Shown here: piece after piece, positions 38,515 through 51,067 of the stretch | How the letters are laid out: each line of letters begins with the position of its first letter | Position numbering within the stretch: the stretch's first letter is position 1 | NCBI RefSeq assembly: GCF_004010195.1 | Contig: NC_057719.1 | Location: 48,780,914 to 48,844,913 of the forward strand | Source: Chiloscyllium plagiosum | Lineage: Eukaryota | Reading direction: 5' to 3' | Length of the DNA: 64,000 nucleotides | Position numbers and translations under genes: made by a program | The notes under the pieces: model-generated | The model's database searches: none | Seen by the model: the letters and a program-made list of their open reading frames with translations, nothing else | What the model was told of the DNA's origin: nothing

Positions 38515-38830
38515 AGTTACACTTATATCGAACCTTTCATGACCACCCAAGTGCTTTGTAGTTAATGCAGTAGTTTTCTGAAGTGCAGTTGCAGTTGTAA
38601 CTGCAACCAATTTGCACACAATCTCCCACAGATAAAATGAGATAATGACCAGATAATTTGCTTTTGGTTGACTGCTAAATTAATATTGACGAGTGCACCA
38701 GGGATAACACACCTATTCTTCTTCAAAATAATGCTAAGGGAACTTTTATGTCCATCTGAGAGAACAGATGAATCTCATAACATCTCATCCAATGATCAAC
38801 AGCAAACACCATACCGTGTTAAGCCCTGTG
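38515..38830 (-). mobile_element. Deu-domain SINE, headless and old
   Basis: gggaacttttatgtccatctgagagaacagatg...catctcatcc Deu-like core. Homologous to 4930-5340. Confidence 0.65.
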
Positions 38831-38924
38831 CTAAGAATGAATAATATAAGACGTATGAAAATGAAACATGCAGTGGTAAAAGAATGATCCGTATTGATAA
38901 CTGCAAGAAATAGAGATGATTGAC

Positions 38925-39135
38925 CAATCAATAAAGTTGCCATAGTCCAATAGGCTTTCAATCCCATTACAGAAAGACATCTGTTGGTGATTTAACCTGA
39001 GGGTCAGCACACCTCAAGCAAGAGGAATGGTTGAAAAGGAAAATCCTTCATGGTAACCTCAGCCAGTGCAGGGATTTAATCCACACTGTTGGCATCACAC
39101 TGCATTGTAAACCAGCCATCAGCCAACTCAGCCAA
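38925..39135 (-). mobile_element. tRNA-derived SINE, unassigned family
   Basis: Reverse-complement homolog of 39305-39500 (catggtaacctcagc...ccacactgttggcatca). Confidence 0.6.
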
Positions 39136-39304
39136 TCAACTACAAATTGGCTGATGCATACATAAAGAGACTAATAGGGATAGTCAGAGACTGTTAGGCA
39201 AATGTGAAGGGTAAACATATTTACATCCCCACTGATGGAACAGATTAGATGGAAAACATGCATGACAAGCATGTTAAAGAGACAAAAGAGTTATTGTGTA
39301 ATTC

Positions 39305-39500
39305 ATTGGCTGGTTGGCTTTTTTTTTGCCAGGCAGAATGATACCAACAGTGTGGGTTCAATTCCTGCACGAGCTGAGGTTACCATGATGGTCCTGCCTT
39401 CTCAACCTTGACTCTTGTGTCTGAGATGTGGTGACCCTCCGATTAAATTGATCACCCGTCTTCTCTCTCCCATGAGAGATTGGAATGTTTGTGATTTTAC
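39305..39500 (+). mobile_element. tRNA-derived SINE, same family as 38925
   Basis: Box B gggttcaattcc followed by gctgaggttaccatg. Confidence 0.6.
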
Positions 39501-41094
39501 TGCTTACATAGCTGAGCAGATTGAAACATTTTGATCATCACCTGAGTCTGGAAGGAGTAAGGATGTTTATGATGAAGTTCAAATTCCACAGGAAGTAGAT
39601 ACTTGGGGCTCACCAACACAGTAAGGCTGATGCTGGAAGTCACTGACAATGGAGCACTCACTGTCACCTTTCATCGTGCTGGAACTTGAAAGTGCACAAT
39701 GGGACAAAAATGGCTGTAACCACAGGGCATGCGTGGCCTAAGTGACTCAACTGTGAAGGAAATTCAGCAACACACACCATTCAAAGTGTTTTTTATAGGG
39801 GAACAATGTTAGTCATATGTCATGCAAGATCAAACACACACAAATACAGACTGCTTTTGAGCATTGTGCACAAATACAGCTTAAAATTAAGTTTCTTTGG
39901 AATTATTCAACATGTTCAAACTGATTATTGCACAATTGATCCTCACATGCTAACGTTGTGCCACATGCTCACCCTACCTGCATATTTCTGACAAGACAGA
40001 ATGAAATGAAGATAGCTCTCTTTGAACAGAGTGCCTCTTGGTATCCTTATGCAGAATGTATCAAGCATTTCCAATAGAAATAACCAGGTGCATAAAATTC
40101 CATCGCCACTGTCACCTTCACATCTTGCATGTTACTCCTTGCTGAATTTCAGGTAGGAGAAATGTTCTCTGAGTAGCCTTGTCTTCACACTAAAACCCTT
40201 TTCCCACTTCCTCTTTCTTCTTTCTTCAGCTTATCCTGCTCCATCTATCTTTTGTTCATTCACCATCTTGGTTGTATTGTGAAGAATCTGTTCTTTGTAC
40301 AGAAACCTTGAAGTAAGCAAAACCCCCTTTAGCACTTGCCACAGCAATTTCTAGATTTTTGTATAAACCAACATCAACTAACCAGGGAGTAGTCAATGAT
40401 CATTGAATAGGGTTGGGGAGCCTTCCTGACGTTCGTAACAACTGAGTAGGTTAAGGGAGACTATGGAGTAAACTCCAAAATGAGTGTCCAATAAACATCG
40501 ATAATGATCAGCATCATGATTGACCTATTCAGTAAATGTCTGATGAATTTCTGTATGTACGTTAACACCTACTCCCAGGTAGTGTTTAATGCACTTTATC
40601 CTACAATTGTGAGCTCATGCACCGATTTGAAGCTCTAAAATTGCTCATAATAATCAAGAAAACCAGGAGTTAAAGGGCTGAAGTTTTCACCTGCTGTGTT
40701 TGATTAATCTGATTGGTAGTAATGCAGATGGCACACAATGTTAGCATGTCGAGGATGAGTTGTGCAAAAAACAGTCTGAGCATGCTGAATGATTCCAAAG
40801 AAACTTTATTTTTAACTGTATTTGTGCACAATGATCTGTATCATTTGACAAATGACCGTGACATGAAAATGGTTCGACACATCCAGGTACGGGGCAGGTA
40901 TGCAGTTAAACTCCAACAGTAAAAGCTTGCAATCTGTGATGTTCTATTCCTACATTAGCTTTGCAAGCATATCATCTGCCTACCTGACTCACAATTAAAA
41001 TATTGGATGTTGTTGTCCTTGCAGAAATGAACTATATGTAGTCAAGGGAAAAATTAAATCATTTCTATTCCAATCTAGCAACTTCTGTCTTCAT

Positions 41095-41475
41095 TTGATT
41101 TCAATTGATTTATTATTGTCACATGTACCAAGATACAGTGAAAAGTATTGTTTGCAGCTATCCAGACAAATCATACCTTACATAAGTATGTCAGGGTAAT
41201 AGAACAGAATGCAGAATACAGTGTTACAGATACAGAGAAGGGGCAGAGAAAGATCAACTCTAATATATGAGAGAGAGCTGCTCCTAAGTCTGTTAACAAT
41301 GGCGAAGAAGCTAATCTTAAATCTGTTGATATTTGTTTTCAAATTTCTCTATCTTCTGCCTAATGGAAGAAGGTGAAAGAGAGTATAACCTGGATGGGAT
41401 GGGTCTTTGATTATGTTGGCTGCTTTTCCAAGGCAGTGGGAAATATAGACAGAGTCAATGGATGGAAGGCTGGTA
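41095..41475 (-). mobile_element. Rex1/Babar-type LINE 3' fragment
   Basis: The minus strand reads approximately SHPGYTLFHLLPLGRR..LKTNINRFKISFF, resembling the Rex1/Babar C-terminus (HP.F.LLPSGRRYR...RFKNSFFP). Confidence 0.7.
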
Positions 41476-42169
41476 TTAATGACTACTAGCCAATGTTTTT
41501 GGCACCAGAATTTAACCATTTCCAAAGTGCAGTCTGATTCCTCAAGCTTTTAGTTTTCATTAGAAATGTCAAAATTTAAAGATATTTTTTAGTTTTAAAA
41601 TTTTCTGTTTACATTTTTCTTTCTGTCTCTTTTTGTCTTTCTGTTAATCCAATGTTCCTCTTTGATTTTGTTTTCTAATCCTGAATCAGCATTGAATTCT
41701 CCCATTTTCTTTTACACTTCCTTCTCAATAATAGCAATGTAAATTTCACAGTCCTTCACACTGGTTGGTTATGAAGATTATACAGTTGCCTGCCTTATTC
41801 ACTCTGGTCTCAGGTGCCCTGTTTCCCTCACTGTTTGAGTTTTCAACAATTTGCCACACAAAAAGCTAAACATGCACAGGCAAGTCTAAACAATGGCAGA
41901 TACCTCAGCAAAACTGTTCCAATAAGAATTTTAAAACTTCTGAGTATCTCAACTCTGATGAAGGTTCCTGAAATGTTATCATGAATATTATTTGGAAGCT
42001 TGAGTTCTAAAGGTGAACAGAATTATGTACAGCTTTAATTTGATTTCTGTTCCTTTATAATGTGTGCCAAGAAAGGAGGCATAATTTCAATTTCATTTTT
42101 GAGCTCTGTCAGAGGTGTAAATTTTTTTTTTAACATATAGTTAAGTGAGACTTTATTAAAAAAACCCTT

Positions 42170-42891
42170 AGAACATAGAACATAGAAAAATACAGCGCAG
42201 TACAGGCCCTTTGGCCCTCGATGTTGCGCCGATCCAAGCCCACCTAACCTACACTAGCCCATTATCCTCCATATGCCTATCCAATGCCTGTTTAAATGCC
42301 CATAAAAAGGGAGAGTCCACCACTGCTACTGGCAGGGCATTCCATGAACTCACAACTCGCTGAGTAAAGAATCTACCCCTAACATCTGTCCTATACCTAC
42401 CACCCCTTAATTTAAAGCTATGCCCCCTCGTAATAGCTGACTCCATACGTGGAAAAAGGTTCTCATGGTCAACCCTATCTAAACCCCTAATCATCTTGTA
42501 CACCTCTATCAAGTCATCCCTAAACCTTCTTTTTTCCAATGAAAACAGCCCGAAGTGCCTCAGCCTTTCCTCATACGATCTTCCTACCATACCAGGCAAC
42601 ATCCTGGTAAACCTCCTCTGCACCTGTTCCAGTGCCTCCATATCCTTCCAATAGTATGGTGACCAAAACTGCACACAATACTCCAGATGCGGCCGCACCA
42701 GAGTCTTATACAACTGCAACATGACCTCAGGGCTCCGGAACTCAATTCCTCTACCAATAAAAGCCAGTACGCCATATGCCTTCTTCACCGCACTATTTAC
42801 CTGGGTGGCAACTTTCAGAGATCTGTGTACATGGACACCAAGATCCCTCTGCTCATCCACACTACCAAGTATCCGACCATTAGCCCAGTAC
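42170..42891 (-). mobile_element. Young 5'-truncated CR1 LINE, (gttctat)n tail subfamily
   Basis: Open 203-aa frame 42249..42860 (RDLGV...LYKTLVRPHLEYCVQFWSP...TRGHSFKL). TSD ccctt at 42165-42169 and 42892-42896. Confidence 0.95.
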
Positions 42892-43049
42892 CCCTTGGGG
42901 TGAATAGTTCAGTCCTATAGTAAGCAACAATAAGAGAAATATAAGGGCTGAACCAATGACACAGAGAGACAGTGAAAAAAAGTTGGGAAGCATCCTGAAG
43001 GTTAGTGCAAGTTTTTTTTTTCAGAGAGAATAGGTCCATAACATCAGCA

Positions 43050-43250
43050 TTAGAGTGGTTTTGGAAAAGCACAACAGGTCAAGCAGCATCTGAGGAGCAG
43101 AAAAATCAATGTTTCAGGCAAAACCCTTTCATTATGAAGGGCTTTTGCCCAAAATGTTGATCTTACTGCTCCTCGGATGCTGCCTGACCTGCTGTGCTTT
43201 TCCAGCACCATTATAACCTTGACTCTAATCTCCAGCATCTGCAGTACTCT
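43050..43250. mobile_element. PLE-derived hairpin element
   Basis: Self-complementary arms ggaaaagcac..caggtca..cagcatc / gatgctgcctgacctgctgtgcttttcc. Confidence 0.85.
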
Positions 43251-43254
43251 GCAT

Positions 43255-43566
43255 GCAACAAGGAGAGCCTTTTTCCAAGTATGGGGACGGCAAACACGAG
43301 GGGACACAACTTTAAAGTGAGGGGAGATAGGTATAAGACTACCTCAGAGGTAGTTTCTTTACTCAGAGAGTAATAACGGTATGGAATGCTTTGCCTGCAA
43401 CAGTGGTAGATTCGCCAAGTTTAAGTACATTTAAGTTGTCATTGGACAGGCATATGGACGTACATGGAATAGTGTAGGTGGGATAGGCTTCAGATTAATA
43501 TGACAGGGCGGCGCAACATTGAGGGCTGAATGGCCTGTACTGTGCTGTAAAGTTCTATGTTCTATG
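43255..43566 (+). mobile_element. CR1 3' fragment, (gttctat)n tail subfamily
   Basis: TRGHNFKVRGDRY...FFTQRVITVWNALP. Ends gttctatgttctatg. Confidence 0.88.
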
Positions 43567-44199
43567 TAACATCAGCAGTGCAGTTTAGCTATCTCCAAAG
43601 CAGTTGGATAGAAGAAAAGTGGTCCCACATGGCTTAGAAATTAAAAAAACAAAAGCTCCAGAAACAGAAGATTTTGAGGTGTTAAAGAGGAAGGCATTCG
43701 ATAAAGCTGCTGAATGCATAAAACTTAAGGAATTTAAGGAGTTTTAAGAACACATGTTAAGGATTATAAAAACTAGAAATGCTGAAGAAACTCAGTGGGT
43801 TTGGCAATATCTGTGGAGAGAGAAACAGAATTAATTTTTCGAGTGAAATATTGACTATCCAACAATAAAGAGCATTTTTAATATCAGTGATATAACAAGC
43901 CAGCTAAAGCAGTTTTGCTTTGTGAAAATGATTGGTCTGTTACTTCATCAATAACTTTTACAATTGGACTGAATGAGCTGTTCCAGGGTCATCCACAAGG
44001 TTATTATTATTAAAGAGCTTTTAGAAGTCAACTAATCAACTGGACTCACCAGGTTTGACAATTATCCTGCTCAGAATGCCATCAGTTCACGGGTATTCTT
44101 AACTGTTTTGCAGGAAAAAAGGCTTTTGCTGGTGTTACAGGAAATCTAATTTTGCGAAATCTTTTATCACTATCAAACACTTTTCAGAGAATTTGGTAG

Positions 44200-44900
44200 G
44201 AAGAACAAGAAGAGGCAATTAAAAGAAAGGCTACAATTCCAGAGAGATTGGAGGAACATTGGGTACAGAAGTACAAATCATTGAAGTGGTAGGGTATGTT
44301 GCTAAAGTGGATGCTGAAGCAAACAGGATCTTGAGTTTTTTAAACTCATGTCATAGAATATAAAATAAGGTAAGATATAATCCTGTCCAAAACACCAGCT
44401 CAGCTTCAATTGAAGTATTGTGTCCAATTCATGGCATCATACTTAAAGAAGGATATGAAGGCAGTAGAGATGGTATCGATACGATTGATGAGAATGACTC
44501 TGGTACGTGTAACTTCACTTACATGGTTAGATTAGAGCTTGTTCTTGTTGGAGAAGTGAATATTAGAAGGATTTGGTGTGTTCAAAATCATGAGCAGTAT
44601 GGAGAGACAAGGGAGGCAGAAACTGGATCACACAAGGATTCAGAGCTACAGGATATCAATTTTACGTGATTGCCAAAACAAGCCACAGTGAATGAAGAAA
44701 ATTGGCATGCATTGAATGTTTAAAGTCTGAACTGCATTGCCTGAGAGTGTTGTGGAGGCAAATTAAATTGAGGTTTTCAAAAGAGAATTGCATGATTATC
44801 TGAACAGAAAAGTTTTGCAGGGCAATATGGAAAATGCAAGGATAGTGGGTTGTGATGATTTGCTTTTGCAGAGTCAGCATGGATGAAACTCCGGAATGTA
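44200..44900 (+). mobile_element. Old CR1 3' fragment
   Basis: Decayed LKYCVQF.. and WTALPESVVEA-like motifs. Confidence 0.65.
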
Positions 44901-45322
44901 GGGACACAGTTCTTGAGAACACCCATCGGGAAGAGGAAGTACATAAAAGGAACCGGTCACAGTAATGGCAGCGATCTCAAGACCAAGGACAAATTGTATC
45001 TCCTGGAAATGCCTGTCAAATGTCTGATTGGAAATGTGGCTCTGGGATTGGGTTCATCAGCCACACAAGGACCCCCAGACCCACATAACCAGTACCGTGG
45101 AATTTCCTAGGGGGACAATCATATTTATTAGTGAGTGATTGCCGATGGTGGACATGGTGGACTGAATGGCCTGCTTTGGCTCCACAGTAACCATCCAATG
45201 ATTTTATGATTCAATTTCTCTGAGATGAATTGATTCAGTTTTTTATGTTTGCATCTTCACCAGATGAATATAATTTTGGATAGATATTGGCTTATGGACC
45301 TCCTATTATTTTATTTCTCTTA

Positions 45323-45595
45323 CTTAGATTAGATTCCATACAGCGTGGAACAACAAGTCCACACTGACCCTCCAAAGAGTAACCCAGTCAGAGCTATTCC
45401 CCTCTGACTAATGCGCCTAACACTATGGGTAATTTAGCATGCCCAATTCACCTGGCCTGCACATCTTTGGACTGTGGGAGGAAACCCATACAGACATGGG
45501 GAAAATGTTCAAAGTCCACACAGTCACCCAATGCTGGAATTGAACCTGGGATGCTGGTGCTATAAGGCAGCAGTGCTAACCACTGAACCACCAAG
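45323..45595 (-). mobile_element. HE1-like V-SINE
   Basis: ttagattagattcc tail, V-domain and tRNA head ggcagcagtgctaaccactga. Confidence 0.85.
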
Positions 45596-46139
45596 TCACT
45601 CTTAGGATGATCCCTTTCTTTACAGATTCCACAGACAAATTCTTGCAGCTGAGGGTATAAGAGGGGACACACAGCTCACTCATACACTACATCCAATAGC
45701 TCGAGACAACCTCATTTAATCAATCTGGTGGAGATTCTGGTTGAGAAACTCCTGCAGTGTTTCCATAACTGAAACATGCATCAGAAAATGTTATCCAAAA
45801 TATGCTTTTTAATTGTCCTCAAATATTCCCCAGTGAATTAAAATCTAACTGTAGCTGACTTAAAATTAGCAACTGATATAGTATTAACTGTTAATTGTAG
45901 AAGAGAGTTCAAAATGTCCATAACTCTTTAAATGTAAATATGATCTTAACTTCATTCCTAAAACATACTGTTTAGAAAATAGATGATTTACCAATTTGGA
46001 TCTTGGATAACCTTATACTCAGAACAGTTTTGCCCATTTATTTAAGTAATATGTCTTCACAATTTTATGCTCCCATTTGCTCACTGTGAGTCAGCAGGGT
46101 TAACCACTGAATCACCGTGTCACCTGCTTTCACACTGTA

Positions 46140-47450
46140 GAGATTCTAAGATTCTACGTTCCTATTTCTAACTCTAATGTTTCACTTATCTTTGTGTTGT
46201 CTGAAAACTCATATATGACATTTTGTTTGATCATTGGTGTGGTTAATGAAGCAAAGCAGAGTTGAAATCCAAATACAGATCCTTGTGGGCACCACCAACC
46301 ACATCCTACAGGTAAAGTGCCTGTCTATTATTCCTACTCTTTGTCTTCTTTCACTCAGCCAATTTCCTAACAAGGTCAATAATTTGCTGTCGATTCAATA
46401 AGCTCCAGCTGTAACTAACTGTAACTAAATACTCCATGTTAGGGGCTTCAGTGATCTGTTATCTAGCAGTTCATATAAATGACATTGTCAGGCATTCTCC
46501 TTTTAATTACTTAAGTCACATTTTCAAAAAATTGAGTTAGGTTCCTCAGGCCATTACAAATCCAGGCTGGCTGATCAGTCAAAAATTTTCAGTCTCCAGA
46601 CAATCCACCCTTTTTTTTAAGACTAGTCACAGAGTCATAGAGCCATAGAAATGTACAGCATAGAAAAAGACACTTTGGTCCAACTCATTCATGCCAACCA
46701 GATAGTCCCATTTGCCAGCACTTGGCCCATATCCCTCTAAACCCTTGATATTCATATACCCACCCAGATGCCTTTTAAATGTTGTAATTATAGCAGACTC
46801 CACCACTTCCTCTGGCAGCTCATTCCATACATGCACCACTCTCTCCATAAAAAAGTTGCCCCTTACGTCCCTTTTAAATCTTTCCCCTCTCACCCGAAAC
46901 TATTTCACTACAGTAGCTTTCAGGCTAATTAGTCTATAATTTCTCAAGTTCTCTCCCCCACTGACTTAAATAACATAGTGACAACTACAATTTTCCAATC
47001 TAAATGAATGGTTCCTAACTCAAGAAAACTTTGTAGGATCATAGTTATGACATCTGCAATGTTCTTCCTATTTCCTTTAAAAACCTGGGATGAAAACCAT
47101 CTGATTCTGGAAGTTTGTCACTTTTTACAGCCGATATCTTATTTCGTTATCTTAATTTTGGTGAGTATCAATCTTTCTTCCAATACTAGGTTTTTTGTGA
47201 AACTTGGCATGTTATCATTTTCTTCTACACTAAAAACAAAGTAATTATTTAACATGTCTGCCTTTTCCATTGTTTTTGTAATATCTCTATTGTCAGTTTT
47301 TAAGTGCCCCACATTTCTCTTCATCACCCCTTTTTCCTATCATAATTATAAAGGAATTTGTGTTCATTTTAATATTCCTTGCAAGTTACTTTTTACACAT
47401 TTTTCTGTGGCTGTTATAATTTGTTTTATCCCTTTTCTTGAACCACAAGC
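46140..47450 (-). mobile_element. Old CR1 remnant interrupted by a younger HER1-like 3' fragment (46627-46895)
   Basis: EKADMLNNYF..VFS linker motif (ORF 47139..47327). The insert encodes RGERFKRDVRGNFF..VWNELPEEVVE. Confidence 0.75.
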
Positions 47451-47903
47451 CAGCCTATATATAGTTGTTAGAAGAGGGGTGTGACTAACTGGAAGGAGGG
47501 GCCAGTAGTGGTCTCCATGGTTTTTGCAAGACCAGGAGCAGCATCCTGCTTCGGCTTGTTCATTAGAAATTAAAAATAAGATTGTTTACCTGTTTGTGGG
47601 TGACCTCTAGTGGTGTCTTTAAGCACCACTGTTTAAGCCGCTATGGTCTGGAAAAAGATCAAATTGAGCTCCACCCAGTTAAAGACAAATGTTTGGCAGG
47701 GTCAAGGATGGTGTTAGGCCTCTGATTTACATATTCAAGTCACGAAATGCCTGTTCTAAGTGAAATCTGGAAATATTTGACTTACAACTTGGCAAACAAT
47801 GCTACTCTAAGGAAGAACAAGTGCAAAAGATCATAATCTGAAATTAATATTCCAAATCCCACTTTACCCAAAAAATGAGTGAGCCAGTGATCAATGTGAG
47901 ATA

Positions 47904-48111
47904 GGAGAGAGTGAGGACTGCAGATTCTGGAGATCAGAGCTGAAAATGTGTTGCTGGAAAAGCGCAGCAGGTCAGACAGGATCCAAGGAGCAGGAGAATC
48001 GACGTTTCGGGCATTCCTGAAGAAGGGCTCATGCTCGAAACGTCGATTCTCTTGCTCCTTGGATGCTGCCTGACCTGCTGCGCTTTTCCAGCAACACATT
48101 TTCAACTCATT
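47904..48111. mobile_element. PLE-derived hairpin element, young
   Basis: Near-perfect inverted arms with CpGs retained. 11-bp TSD aatgtgagata (47893-47903 and 48112-48122). Confidence 0.9.
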
Positions 48112-48869
48112 AATGTGAGATATTCAATCTCACTTGCAGAAAACCTCCATATGGCACTTTCTGTTTCCTTGTAGTAATGTATCATGGTGTGTGATCTCAA
48201 TGAAGTGGAAGATTGAATCTATCTTTCATCGTTATGCTTCACTGTGTTTTATTGGGTCATAATACTCATAATTTCTTCAGCCATAGCAACAGCACTCTCT
48301 GTAACTGCCAATATCTTCTCACTCTAGATCTACTCGGTGCACTAGTGATGTTCTGAGGAAGATAATCCCCAAACCTGTTGATTCTGTGTTCAAAAAGCAC
48401 AACAGGTCAAGGCAAAACTGAAGCCTCTTCCAAACATGTTTGCCTATTCATTGGACTCAACAGGCTGAGAAAAGGTTTAGCTATCTTGGGTTGAATTTTA
48501 ACCAAAAAAGAAGTGTTAATTTCAGAAAGATTTTAATGGAGGGTTTCCCTCCGTGAGCTCTAGCAAGTTTGCTCACACAATTCTCCGCTACTATGTTGTA
48601 CCATGCCGCCATGGCACTATGCTCATACTATCATGCACACACCAGCGGCAGGTGGACTCACCATAGCAGCACCATATTTATAGCCAAACTATAGGCAAGA
48701 TCATTCATTGCCAGCTATAATTAGATCTTCACAGAATAAGTAGTGGAAGGAGAAGAAGAAACAGCTACTGACAGCAAAAATGTGGCACAAGTGACACTTC
48801 ACAGAAAATAAAAATGAAGCTACACGTGCTCCCCTTCCTTAGCACCATATATGTTGGAATCCTGTCTGA

Positions 48870-49225
48870 AGGTGTCACAGTCGCTCAGTGGTTAGCACTG
48901 CTGCTAGGGACCTTGGTTCGATTCCAGTCTTGGGCAACTGTCTGTGTAGAGTTTGCTCATTTTTCCTGTGTCTGCATGGGTTTCCTCCTGGTGCTCCGGT
49001 TTCCTCCCACAATCGAAGGATGTGCAGGTTCGACGGACAGGCCATGCTAAATTGCCTGTAGTGTCCAAGAATGTGCAGGCCAGGTGGATTAGCCATGGTA
49101 AATGCAGGGTTACAGGGATAGGGTAGGGGGTTGGATCTGTGTGGGATGCTCTTCGGAGGGTAGGTGTGGACTTGATTGGCTGAGTAGCCTGCTTCCACAG
49201 TGTAGGGATTCTATGATTCCATGAC
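48870..49225 (+). mobile_element. HE1-like V-SINE, full length
   Basis: ctcagtggttagcactgc head, V-domain and tail gggattctatgattccatga. Confidence 0.9.
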
Positions 49226-49479
49226 TCTTTTCCTAATGCCCAGTATAACATAAGTTTGTCATTGTTCAATGTGGAAGCATCACCTGTTGGAAAGCCTTTA
49301 AACTATTGACAATGTAGCTTTCATCGGCCCGTATGAAAAACAAAGAAAAATCAAATCAAAGGAGGCTGCATTTGCTTCTGGGAACAAATTGGGACTGATT
49401 GCCTTTCAAACAACAACAATTTTACAATCAGTAAATGATTACTTTACCCAACTCACACTTATTGAAAGTGAGTGTCAAG

Positions 49480-50520
49480 AAAATCATATCTGGCTTCTTA
49501 TGTCTGATGCTGCATCATTGTATTAAGTTAAAAGTGATATTCCTCACGCTAAGTATCCTCACCTTCCTCAGCGGAAGACTGCTGCTGCTCTCCCAACTCT
49601 TCAGTATCATCACATCCCCACTATGACTGGGCATAACACAGCATGTTAGGAATATTGGCACACTCTGACTGGACTGTACTGAAAGCCTTCTCAAGACTGA
49701 TTCAAGCAATGGAACCTCACCTTCAGATGTTCTATTGTCTGCAACATGATGGAGGGAATGGGCTGTACTGTGTCCATGCTTGGCCTCAGTGAGGAGATTG
49801 TGCAACAGCGTCATCAGCAATGGTGCAGAGGGTAGCTATTCTCCCCCAGTAACCATTCTTGTGAGGTGTCTGGACCTTGAAATGAAGTAGGAACATGGGA
49901 GTTCTCAAGGACATGAGCATCATGGCATGTTGAGGGTACCTGGCACAGACCTCTGAGATGTGGTACCAGTGATCACAGATGATTTGTACATTGATAGAAT
50001 GGAATCCTTTCCTGTTGAAGCCACATTATTAAGGCACTCTCAATGCAATGAGTGTACAGTCAATAGCACACCACACTTTGGGGAAGCCAACTACATTGGC
50101 AAAGCCTCCTGCCTGGGCTGCAGGATTGATTTTCTTTCCCAGGGGAACAAGGTGAGGTAGTGTGATCTGGTATAGGCTGCATCAGGAACAGACTTGATAG
50201 ATTTGTGGGGCAAGCATTGAGAGGTCTCTTACGGATTCTTGGTGCAGTTAATTCCATATCAACCTGCCAACCAAATAGGATGAACACCAATTCCTTTATC
50301 TCACAAGTCCTGCTCCAGCAATTGGATAATTCTGCGACTCTGTCCCAAGTCATCTTCAATCTGTGGAGGCAATGCACTTCACTCATTCACATCCTGAGGG
50401 GACCTTCAGCTCTGATTCCTTCATGTGGATGCCATTCTGCAGCTGTTGAAGGTTGCTGCTAGTCCAAGACATCTGGTGCATTAATGAAGAATGTCGGGGT
50501 TGCTACCAATAGAATATGTC
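49480..50520 (-). mobile_element. Harbinger/PIF DDE transposase remnant (HARBI1-like family), decayed
   Basis: Minus strand reads MSEVHCLHRLKM, GFPKVWCAIDCTLIAL, FNRKGFHSINVQIICD, VCARYP..HDAHVL, LLGENSYPL. Multiple stops and frameshifts. Confidence 0.88.
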
Positions 50521-50810
50521 TTGAGATGTTGGGAAATCCTGGCCAAGGTGAAAGTGCAGGAGGAAGTAGTGAGCTGGAGCTGCTGGGTACTCACTCAGAC
50601 TATGTGGTTGGAATTGTCACCGTTGAGTTTCTCTCCACTGCTTGAAAAAAATAACAAACTGCGTGAAAAAAATGAGGCAAGATGAGGTAATGATAAGATG
50701 TAGATGTATGCACATAGACCTCTTGTTGCTCATTAGCAAGATTCTCATCTCACCATAAAAACCCTGGGTGGAAAATTGGTCCTCATTTCCTCAATGTCAA
50801 GAATTTTATT

Positions 50811-51067
50811 CATGATTCGGAGATGCCGGTGTTGGACTGGGGTGTACAAAGTTAAAAATCACACAACACCAGGTTATAGTCCACCAGGTTTTTTGTGATG
50901 TAACTGAAATTATACATTGAAGAATTGATTGTCAAGCCTTTCATCTGTTAGAATACAGTGATAGTTTCACTTCTTTCATGTGTAAATCACAAAACCCTTT
51001 TTTTAAAGTTGCATTCTCGGGTCAGCTGTTAACCTGTTGGACTATAACCTGGTGTTGTGTGATTTTT
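50811..51067. mobile_element. PLE-derived element (second family) with inverted terminal segment
   Basis: ttaaaaatcacacaacaccaggttatagtcca..aggtt (about 50852-50890) is inverted at about 51031-51069. 12-bp TSD aagaattttatt (50799-50810 and 51068-51079). Confidence 0.78.

Noticed and set aside
42170..43566. Twin-priming inversion of a single CR1
   Set aside because: Both pieces contain the 3' end, differ substantially from each other and have separate TSDs, so they are independent insertions.
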